This document shows positions 49,780-57,228 of a stretch of 57,228 nt of DNA, in pieces. The DNA is taken from positions 1 through 57,228 of the forward strand of contig JAEOSZ010000052.1 in assembly GCA_016840095.1 (NCBI GenBank), read 5' to 3'. The DNA is from Candidatus Heimdallarchaeota archaeon (GTDB taxonomy: Archaea > Asgardarchaeota > Heimdallarchaeia > Heimdallarchaeales > Heimdallarchaeaceae). Within the stretch, counting starts at the first letter, position 1, and each line of letters opens with the position of its first letter. The notes below the pieces were generated by a model that ran no database searches, had not been told where the DNA came from, and was given only the letters and a program-made list of their open reading frames with translations. Position numbers and translations under genes: made by a program.

Positions 49780-51446
49780 AAATGAAGATAATAAAAGGTT
49801 ACCCTGAAGATATGCGAAAAAGCATAGATAATGTAAATAAAACAAGAAGTAAGCGTATCGATCAAATTATAGAGGATTTAACTCTAGATGAAAGAAAAGA
49901 AGTACTTGACAATTTTCACCCAGATTACAATCCAAAGTATAAAAGAAATATTTCTTGGGGTCCAAACAAAGGCGATAATGTTCCAAACGAAGTAGCAGAT
50001 GTAATCGAAGCTTACCCAATGGTAAATCCAGATGATATTGATATGAACCAGATTGACTATGATATCAATACTTTAATCATTGGTGCTGGTGGAGCTGGAA
50101 CTTCAGCTGCACTATGGGCGAAATATTCTGGATTACCAAAAGAAGAGATATTGCTTGTAACAAAACTCAGACTTGGAGATTGTAACACTGTTATGGCTCA
50201 AGGAGGGATTCAAGCTGCAGATAGACCAGTAGATAATCCACTAATTCACTACCTTGATGCTATAGGTGGAGGACATTTTGAAAATAATCCCAAACTAGTT
50301 AGAGCTTTAGTCAATGATGGTCCTAAAATCATCAAATGGCATAAAGATCTTGGAATGATGTATGATTGTCTAGATGATGGTGAATTCATTGAAAATCCTG
50401 GTGGAGGAACATCTCGAAACAGGATGCATTGTTCAAAAGATTATACTGGAATGGAAATTTTTAGAACTCTAAAAGATGAAATTATCAACCATGATATTCC
50501 TTATCTTGAATTTAGTCCTGCAGTAGAACTCATAACTGATGAAACAGGAAAAATTGCTGGAGCTATATTGTACAATATCGAAACAAAACAGTATTTTGTT
50601 GTAAGAGCTAAAACCACAATCCTAACTACAGGAGGATTTGGTAGGCTCCACGTTGCAGGTTTTCCAACTACCAATCACTATGGGGCTACTATGGATGGTG
50701 TAGTTATGGCTTATAGGGCTGGCGTTAAGCTAAGAGATTTGGATGCAACACAATTTCATCCAACTGGTGCTGCATTTCCAGAACAGATAGTTGGATTACT
50801 AATTACAGAAAAAGTAAGAAGTTTAGGAGCACAAGTTCTAGGTCGAAACGGAGAACAAATATGTTACCCACTAGAACCCAGAGATGTTGAAGCATCATCC
50901 ATTATCAAATGTTGTACTGCTACTGATAATTATATTGAAACTCCAACTCAAATGAGAGGTGTTTGGTTAGACAGTCCTTTGATCGAGGAGATAAAAGGTA
51001 AAGGAACTATAATGGATAATCTTAGTGCAATGTTTAGAATGATGAACAGATTTGATATTGATATTACAGAGGATCCAATACTTGTTTATCCAACATTACA
51101 TTATCAGAATGGTGGTATAGAACATGATGAAAACTGTTATACCTCACTTAAAGGCCTTTTAGCTGCTGGAGAAATTTCTGGTGGAGTTCATGGTAAGAAT
51201 CGTCTTATGGGTAATTCTCTTTTAGAGATTAATGTTTTCGGCAGAAGAGCAGGTATAACAGCTGCAAAGGAATATGAGAAAAAGAGTACAGTTGGAAAAC
51301 TTTCTCTGGCACATGTTCATAAGTCGATTAAATCTTTAGATGCACTAAATCTAAAAGATAAGAGATATTCTCCAACAATTTTACCTGAATATAGAAGTGA
51401 TAATGTTAAAGATAGATTAGTTCAGTTGTATGAAGAATCTCTCTAA
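49776..51446 (+). CDS. Fumarate reductase/succinate dehydrogenase flavoprotein (TfrA-like)
   Basis: GAGGAG, MAQGG, QFHPTG, TEKVR, PRD, HYQNGG, HGKNRLMGNSL. Confidence 0.88.
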   Translation: MKMKIIKGYPEDMRKSIDNVNKTRSKRIDQIIEDLTLDERKEVLDNFHPDYNPKYKRNISWGPNKGDNVPNEVADVIEAYPMVNPDDIDMNQIDYDINTLIIGAGGAGTSAALWAKYSGLPKEEILLVTKLRLGDCNTVMAQGGIQAADRPVDNPLIHYLDAIGGGHFENNPKLVRALVNDGPKIIKWHKDLGMMYDCLDDGEFIENPGGGTSRNRMHCSKDYTGMEIFRTLKDEIINHDIPYLEFSPAVELITDETGKIAGAILYNIETKQYFVVRAKTTILTTGGFGRLHVAGFPTTNHYGATMDGVVMAYRAGVKLRDLDATQFHPTGAAFPEQIVGLLITEKVRSLGAQVLGRNGEQICYPLEPRDVEASSIIKCCTATDNYIETPTQMRGVWLDSPLIEEIKGKGTIMDNLSAMFRMMNRFDIDITEDPILVYPTLHYQNGGIEHDENCYTSLKGLLAAGEISGGVHGKNRLMGNSLLEINVFGRRAGITAAKEYEKKSTVGKLSLAHVHKSIKSLDALNLKDKRYSPTILPEYRSDNVKDRLVQLYEESL

Positions 51447-51504
51447 ACACCCATCTTTTTTTCATAATTTTTTTATATGTATATTTCTAAGAAAATCTGA
51501 TTCA

Positions 51505-52044
51505 ATGAAAAATTCCTATATTTTCTTTCGACATGCATTAACAAGAATAGATAAGGAACAACCTGCTGAAAAATGGGTTATTTCAGATGATGGAATTCAA
51601 GAAGCTTGTGAAGTTATTTCATCAGGGAAGTTTGACGATGTTGATGTGATTATCTCTTCATCAGAGAAGAAGGCCATCCAAACTGCTTACTATTTAGCAG
51701 AAAGAATTGAAAAAGAAATCTTCCTAAATCCTAACTTCAAAGAATTAGACAGAGGTCATGAATTTATTGAATCAAAAGAAGATTATGAAACGATGGTATG
51801 GAGAATATTTAATAATAGAACGGAGTGCAGCTTTGGATGGGAAACTGCTGAAAAAGCTCTTGCAAGATTTAAAAGAGGTATTGCTAGAATTGAAAACACA
51901 TACTCAAATAAGAAAATCTTCATTGTTAGTCATGGAATTGTTTTAACACTCTATTATGCTGAACTTCACGGGTGGGATTTGGAAGAGACTTTCAAGCAAT
52001 GGAAGGAGTTACCTTTCTGTGGATACAAAATAATTCAGGAATAG
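51505..52044 (+). CDS. Histidine phosphatase family protein
   Basis: RHA, SS..KAIQTA, VSHG; ATG at 51505 preferred. Confidence 0.85.
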   Translation: MKNSYIFFRHALTRIDKEQPAEKWVISDDGIQEACEVISSGKFDDVDVIISSSEKKAIQTAYYLAERIEKEIFLNPNFKELDRGHEFIESKEDYETMVWRIFNNRTECSFGWETAEKALARFKRGIARIENTYSNKKIFIVSHGIVLTLYYAELHGWDLEETFKQWKELPFCGYKIIQE

Positions 52045-52135
52045 GGTGGTTGATGAAATCTATTGCACAGCTGGTTGTACAAGAAGTTGTTTTTTGAGAT
52101 AAGTAAATAAATGAAAACGAACTTTTAATGAAACA

Positions 52136-52834
52136 ATGGATAATATCTTCAAAATAAGGTTGGGACTAACAAACACTTTTCTGTTGAGAGTTTCTGATGG
52201 ATATTTATTAGTAGATGTGGGTACGAAAAGGAGAACCAAGAAACTTCTCAGGATTCTTGATGATTACAATATCACTCCAAACCAGATTAAATACATAGTT
52301 TCAACACATGCCCATTATGATCATGTAGGAGGTCTAGCAGAGATAAAAGAGATTACTGGAGCCAAAGTAATTGCACACAGAAATGCCAAAGAAAGTCTTG
52401 AACAGGGAAGAAATTCATATGTTGGTTTAAGAATTAAGTGGTTTAATCCTATAATACGAAAGATTCTCGAAAGAGTTCATGCGTTTAAACCTGTTACCCC
52501 AGATATCATTATTGATGATAAATACTTCTTTGACGAATATGGTACAGATTTGAGAATAATCCACACCCCAGGACATACTCTCTGTTCAATTTCAATGATT
52601 GATGAAGATGGTAATGCATTTGTTGGAGATACTGCAATACGATATCCCTTTAAACCACTTGGTGGTTTTTCTGTAATTGCTGCTGATTTTAAATTGTTGG
52701 TGCCTAGCTGGAAAAAGATTATAGAAGAAGGAGCAAAAAGAGTCTATATAGCACATGGAAAATCACTTAAAATAGAAAGGATGATTAGAAAAACCAAAAG
52801 AAAGAAATGGAAATCCAGTACTCATAAAGCTTAA
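52136..52834 (+). CDS. Metallo-beta-lactamase fold hydrolase
   Basis: THAHYDHVG, HTPGHT, GD, AHG. Confidence 0.9.
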   Translation: MDNIFKIRLGLTNTFLLRVSDGYLLVDVGTKRRTKKLLRILDDYNITPNQIKYIVSTHAHYDHVGGLAEIKEITGAKVIAHRNAKESLEQGRNSYVGLRIKWFNPIIRKILERVHAFKPVTPDIIIDDKYFFDEYGTDLRIIHTPGHTLCSISMIDEDGNAFVGDTAIRYPFKPLGGFSVIAADFKLLVPSWKKIIEEGAKRVYIAHGKSLKIERMIRKTKRKKWKSSTHKA

Positions 52835-52891
52835 ATTCGAAGATAGGAATCGTTCTTTTTAGAAACATAATTTTAGTTAGCAGGTGTTTTA

Positions 52892-53560
52892 GTGGACAAT
52901 AAAGATGCAGCGAAACTGAATCTTAGGCATTTTGATGAGTGTTATACTCTAAAAGGAGATAGAAGAGTAGCAATAGGAACTGCAATAAAACATCAGAGAT
53001 TCGAACTTCTCAAGAAATTATTACCTGGAAACAGTTTAATTCTTGATCAAGGATGTGGGGCAGGTTATGTTGCTCAATGTCTCTTGGAAGAAGGTCATAG
53101 AGTGGATTGTTTTGATATTTCTCCAGTTGCTATAAGAAAATGTAAAGAATTTTTTACTTTAGCTGGATTTAGTTCAAAAAGATACAATCTCTGGATAAAA
53201 GCTTATTCAAATTTTGACTATCCTAAATCTAAGTATGATGGAGTTGTGGATTTATACAGCTTACATTTCATACCACATGAAAAACAGAAGGAAATAATTG
53301 ATAAAGTATACAAAGCTCTCAAAACTGATGGTTACTTCTTCTTTGCAGTTATGTTAATTGGAAGTATCAAGATAAAAGAACCATATTCAAAAATTGCTGA
53401 AGATGGTGCAACTTTGCTAAAAATTGATGACGTAGAAGCTTACAGATGCTTCTATCTATGGGATCCCTTTGAAGTAAGAAAGGTTTTAGAAGATTTAGGG
53501 TTCAAAATCATTCATTTTTATCATCCTTTTACAAGCATTGAATTTATATGTCAAAAATAA
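52892..53560 (+). CDS. Class I SAM-dependent methyltransferase
   Basis: ILDQGCGAG, FDIS, SLHFIP, LKTDG. Confidence 0.88.
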   Translation: MDNKDAAKLNLRHFDECYTLKGDRRVAIGTAIKHQRFELLKKLLPGNSLILDQGCGAGYVAQCLLEEGHRVDCFDISPVAIRKCKEFFTLAGFSSKRYNLWIKAYSNFDYPKSKYDGVVDLYSLHFIPHEKQKEIIDKVYKALKTDGYFFFAVMLIGSIKIKEPYSKIAEDGATLLKIDDVEAYRCFYLWDPFEVRKVLEDLGFKIIHFYHPFTSIEFICQK

Positions 53561-53586
53561 GGTTTGTTGGATGTTTACTGAATTGC

Positions 53587-54033
53587 TTATGCTCTTAAAC
53601 CCAGCACCATTCCTTTGCCTTTGTTTTTCTTTCTTTCTTCCTTTAACTGCCGAAATTCTTTTTCATTTAATTTTTGAATTAGAATTCTTTCCATCTTTGG
53701 GTCAGTAACCTCTTTACTTAGGATGGCTTCAAAAACTAACTGCAAAGTAACTTCTAAAAATTTTTGTCCAAGTTTAGTAATCATATATTGATTCTTCTTA
53801 TTCAATGAAATTATTCCAAAGTCAATTAATTTAACAATATAGCTTGCAATACTATCCTTTTCCATTTTATCAAAGAATTTTATTAAACTTTTAAATTCAG
53901 CAGGTTCATAATGAAGGTAAGTTATAATGTTAAGAGCTTCCTCATCCTCAAGTATATCAAGCATATACGATATTTCACTTTTAGCATTAACTAGAAGGTA
54001 TCGAAAGTCATCTCTAGATAATTTTCCAATCAT
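53587..54033 (-). CDS. Winged-helix domain protein
   Basis: KLIDFGII...YMITKLGQKFL wing motif. Confidence 0.6.
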   Translation of the reverse strand: MIGKLSRDDFRYLLVNAKSEISYMLDILEDEEALNIITYLHYEPAEFKSLIKFFDKMEKDSIASYIVKLIDFGIISLNKKNQYMITKLGQKFLEVTLQLVFEAILSKEVTDPKMERILIQKLNEKEFRQLKEERKKNKGKGMVLGLRA

Positions 54034-54126
54034 TGTTTATCAAGCTATAGAGGTTTTTTGATTTTTTAAATTATTCCAAATTAAGAAGTGATATAATCTT
54101 AAATACTTGAACTTTAGCTTAACGAT

Positions 54127-54588
54127 ATGAAATATGGATTAGCTGACATGCTCAAAGATGCTTTAGATGCACATGATGTTCATCATGATCCCAGGAAGAT
54201 ACTCGATGATATCAAACCAGAATTAGCCAGTACTAAACCAGACTGGTCAGAGTATTCAATTAATTGTATTCTATTCCATCTGATTTATTGGCAAGATTTA
54301 TACATCGAAATGCTAAAAGATAAGAATGTTCCTATGCCTGAAGAATCTCCTTCTGTCCTATCATGGCCTAATAAAGAGCAAAGAACTGAATTGGTTTATG
54401 AAGAACAGCTAAAACGATTTTATGAAGGAATAGATGAAATGAAACAGCTGATAGAGGAAGTGGATTACCATAAATCTGTTCCCTCTTGGGGGGATGCTCC
54501 GAAACTCAAGCTAATTATTATAGTTTTTCAACATAACTCGTATCATCTTTCACAGATTTATACTATCAAGAAGTACCTAATGAAGTGA
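54127..54588 (+). CDS. DinB-family protein
   Basis: YSINCILFHLIYW; HNSYHLSQI. Confidence 0.85.
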   Translation: MKYGLADMLKDALDAHDVHHDPRKILDDIKPELASTKPDWSEYSINCILFHLIYWQDLYIEMLKDKNVPMPEESPSVLSWPNKEQRTELVYEEQLKRFYEGIDEMKQLIEEVDYHKSVPSWGDAPKLKLIIIVFQHNSYHLSQIYTIKKYLMK

Positions 54589-54594
54589 GAAACA

Positions 54595-54867
54595 ATGAAA
54601 GGGACAATAAATGGACACCTAACTGTACAAATGGAAAGAGTTGGAACAAGATCTGAGGGACCTGAATATTACATTGAACCGACTGATGAATATAGCAAAC
54701 GATGGGATAGAATTCATGTTCGTAAACAGTCTCACAGATGGGAGGAAGATTCTAATTTGCAAAATTTAGTGAATAAAGAAGTAGAAATTATTGCTGATAT
54801 TATTGAAACACGGACATCTATAACTATTGATTATTTTGAAGTTAAAGAAAAAAGAAAAGGTGAATGA
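54595..54867 (+). CDS. Hypothetical small protein (possibly OB-like)
   Basis: 90-aa ORF directly after dinB; GTRSEG motif. Confidence 0.6.
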   Translation: MKGTINGHLTVQMERVGTRSEGPEYYIEPTDEYSKRWDRIHVRKQSHRWEEDSNLQNLVNKEVEIIADIIETRTSITIDYFEVKEKRKGE

Positions 54868-54893
54868 TGCTAGATTTACTAGCATCATTTTTT
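54863..54893. terminator. Perfect 11-bp hairpin plus T-run between convergent genes
   Basis: AATGATGCTAG-ATTTA-CTAGCATCATT followed by TTTT. Confidence 0.65.
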
Positions 54894-56483
54894 CTAAGCA
54901 GTTGCAGCGTCAGCTTGGATAAATCCAGCACCCCAAACAAAAGAGGTCATGTATGCACTATTCCAGTAACAAGTAGACTGAAGATAGCTTTCCATCCATT
55001 GGACAGTTTGACTTCCATGAGCTTGGAACATTAGAGCATAAACACCTGCAGTTTGTGGGCAGGAGAAACTTGTACCTGAAGTATAGTAATATCCATCAGT
55101 ATATGGTAAAACTAATTGTTCACCAATACCAGTAACATCTACTTTTCCACCAGATGAGAAATCTGCAATATGTAATTGACTGAAATCACCTTCAGCAATA
55201 TCTGTAAAGATACCATCAATTCCATAAGCACCAGTTAAACTATCCCATCCAGCAGCTCCAACACTTGTTACATCAGCATATTCAGCAGGGTAACCAGTAG
55301 TATCAGAAGAATGTCCATCGTTTCCTGCAGAAGTTGCCAGAATAATACCAGCTGCTTCAGCTGCATCTATAGCATTTGCAAGATTTGTGTTAGTTCCAGT
55401 ATACCCTAAAGACATAGAGATAACCATATCATATCCAGAGAGTGCTCCATTGTGAAGACCTCTAGCGTAATCAATAGCATCTGCCCAGGCATTAAGCATG
55501 GTTGTGTCAGTGACACCTCCACCAATCCAGTAGACTGTTCTAATCATTACTATTTTAGCATCAGGTGCTACACCTCGTACCCATTGACCATTAAGATCGT
55601 AACCAATAACGGTTGCAGTACAAGCTGTTCCATGACCTTCAGTATCTTGATTCCAATCAACATTATCTATACCTAGTGATTTTGTCTGAGACATACAATA
55701 GTCAGTTAGAATGTTAGTTGCAGGGAATAATGTTCCCCAATTAGTTCCAAGTCCAGTGTCGATGATAACAACAACAGATCCATCTCCAGTAATGCCATTT
55801 GCGTGAGCAATTTCGGCATCGATTAGATCGTTCCACCAAGGAAGATCATCTGGTTGAGGACTAGAATTATCAACAGTAACAGATATCTGATCAGTTCCTG
55901 TTTGAGATGCACTATCTGTTGCTTCAGCATAGATTGTATGAGAACCATCAGAATATGTTGTAGTATCCCAAGCATAAGATGAGGAAGTAATTACATAGAC
56001 ACCATCAATGTAAATGTCAGGTGTTAACACTTCTTCATCAGTAACAGAAACTAAGATATTAGTTGTACCAGAAACAGTTGCTCCATTAGATGGACTAACA
56101 ATAGTCACAACTGGAGGATCGTCTACTCCACCACCATTATCTACGGTAACTGTAATTAGGTCACTAGCTCCACGAATTACAGCTTCGATATCATGTAATC
56201 CATCAGAGTATCCAGTTGTATCCCAAGTATAGGAAGAAGCCTTGGCTACTTGAACTCCATCTATGTAGATGTAAGGTCTTCTTGAAGCTGAAACAGTAAT
56301 AGTTACAGTACCAGAAACAGTAGCACCATCACTAGGATTAGTGATTGTACATACAGCTGGTTTAGGAGCCATTAGAGCAGAATAGTACTCACCAGTAGTA
56401 GCACTAACAACTCCAGTAACTGAAATTACTAAAACAGCAGTTAAGAAAATTTGAAAAATTATTCTTCTTTTCATTTTCATCAC
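54894..56483 (-). CDS. Secreted S8 subtilisin-like protease with two N-terminal Ig-like (Big) domains
   Basis: Signal peptide; two P.V.I..PS.GATVSGT...WDTT.YSDG.H repeats; IDTG, HGT, AGN, SGTSFSCP. Confidence 0.92.
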   Translation of the reverse strand: MMKMKRRIIFQIFLTAVLVISVTGVVSATTGEYYSALMAPKPAVCTITNPSDGATVSGTVTITVSASRRPYIYIDGVQVAKASSYTWDTTGYSDGLHDIEAVIRGASDLITVTVDNGGGVDDPPVVTIVSPSNGATVSGTTNILVSVTDEEVLTPDIYIDGVYVITSSSYAWDTTTYSDGSHTIYAEATDSASQTGTDQISVTVDNSSPQPDDLPWWNDLIDAEIAHANGITGDGSVVVIIDTGLGTNWGTLFPATNILTDYCMSQTKSLGIDNVDWNQDTEGHGTACTATVIGYDLNGQWVRGVAPDAKIVMIRTVYWIGGGVTDTTMLNAWADAIDYARGLHNGALSGYDMVISMSLGYTGTNTNLANAIDAAEAAGIILATSAGNDGHSSDTTGYPAEYADVTSVGAAGWDSLTGAYGIDGIFTDIAEGDFSQLHIADFSSGGKVDVTGIGEQLVLPYTDGYYYTSGTSFSCPQTAGVYALMFQAHGSQTVQWMESYLQSTCYWNSAYMTSFVWGAGFIQADAATA

Positions 56484-56754
56484 TTAAGCAAAATTGCTTA
56501 AAGGAAATTTGTCGGAGCACTATTTAAATTTTTTCCGATTTTTTACATTATATTAAAGAATAATTTTATAGTAATCATATAGATGTCCTTACCAATTCTC
56601 TATGAGTTGGAAGACACCTTTCAAATTGGATTAAAAACAAGAGAAGTGGGTTGATCAGCTTAAATCAAAAGGATGCTGAGTTCAATACTGACTTTTTAAA
56701 GCTGAGGAGAAATTTAATAACCTATAGTGAGACTCTTATGAACTAGGTGATATA

Positions 56755-57150
56755 TTGGCAAATGACCCTAAGTTAATTGCAGAAGTAAAAGCATTTTTCG
56801 AAGAATTTGTTGCGGCTTATCCAAAGGACGATCTGGACAGATATCTTGATCTCTTCTCCCAAAACGAAAACCTAGTGATGTTCGGAACCAACCATAAATG
56901 GTTAGGTTGGGAAGAATACAAAACAGCACCAGCTGAAGAGAAAGAAAGACTGGGAGAGATCACACTCACATATGATTGGTTGAAAGTAAGTGCACACGAA
57001 TCAGTTGCCTGGATAGCTTCTGAAGTTAAAGTGCAGTTCAAAATGGGAGAAGATTGGAATATTGTTCCAGCAAGATTAACAGGAGTAGCTAAGAAGATTC
57101 AAGATAAATGGAAAATAGTTCAGGGGCACATCTCTGTAGTATCTGGTTAA
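56755..57150 (+). CDS. NTF2/SnoaL-like protein
   Basis: MFGT, VAW, ARLTGV...WKIVQGHIS; GGTGA Shine-Dalgarno upstream of TTG. Confidence 0.85.
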   Translation: MANDPKLIAEVKAFFEEFVAAYPKDDLDRYLDLFSQNENLVMFGTNHKWLGWEEYKTAPAEEKERLGEITLTYDWLKVSAHESVAWIASEVKVQFKMGEDWNIVPARLTGVAKKIQDKWKIVQGHISVVSG

Positions 57151-57228
57151 GAACTTCATGAAAGGCCTTTAGAAAGGTTATTAGAAAAGGACCATAAAAT
57201 ATTCTAGATATATTTCATAAATGTTTTA

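Noticed and set aside
49776-51446. Flavoprotein as L-aspartate oxidase NadB
   Set aside because: Coupled to an Sdh/Frd-type Fe-S subunit and no nadA/nadC nearby; not fully excluded without phylogeny.
56581-56620. Imperfect hairpin upstream of the subtilisin gene as SECIS or sRNA
   Set aside because: No selenoprotein nearby, no convincing SECIS or C/D motif set; could arise by chance.
3619-57041. Many 60-127 aa antisense or alternate-frame ORFs (e.g. 3619-3846, 6804-7112, 42076-42414, 48077-48460, 56014-56232)
   Set aside because: They lie inside well-supported genes and have no motifs; shadow ORFs.
57159-57192. Short GAAAGG repeats and AAAGGCCTTT palindrome at the window end
   Set aside because: Too short and irregular to support a call.

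Overview
AT-rich archaeal chromosomal segment. Its eukaryotic-signature proteins (Arf-like GTPase, a second small GTPase, two longin-domain proteins, a DENN-like protein) point to an Asgard archaeon, probably Heimdallarchaeia (inference). The left part holds housekeeping genes: partial Lhr helicase, Ard1-like acetyltransferase, rpoK, rpl44e, sucCD, signal peptidase, pilin and ahcY. The 12.7-25.6 kb region is a cell-envelope module: a longin-7TM fusion and two FtsX/MacB permeases (one 1397 aa with a large Ig-like insert) converge on two cellulose-synthase-like GT2 genes and a GT-C enzyme. Just upstream of the GT2 genes, two paralogous C/D-box-like sRNAs share a guide matching the 23S peptidyl-transferase region. 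A ~12-kb, 13-gene operon joins 2-oxoacid:ferredoxin oxidoreductase (korDABC), flxDCBA, hdrACB and an anchor-less, non-covalent-FAD fumarate reductase pair, a candidate soluble electron-bifurcating system tied to the TCA cycle. Also seen: three apparent pseudo-enzymes and one gene broken by a single in-frame TAA. No rRNA, tRNA, CRISPR array or mobile element was recognised. All family calls come from motif recognition by eye, not database searches.
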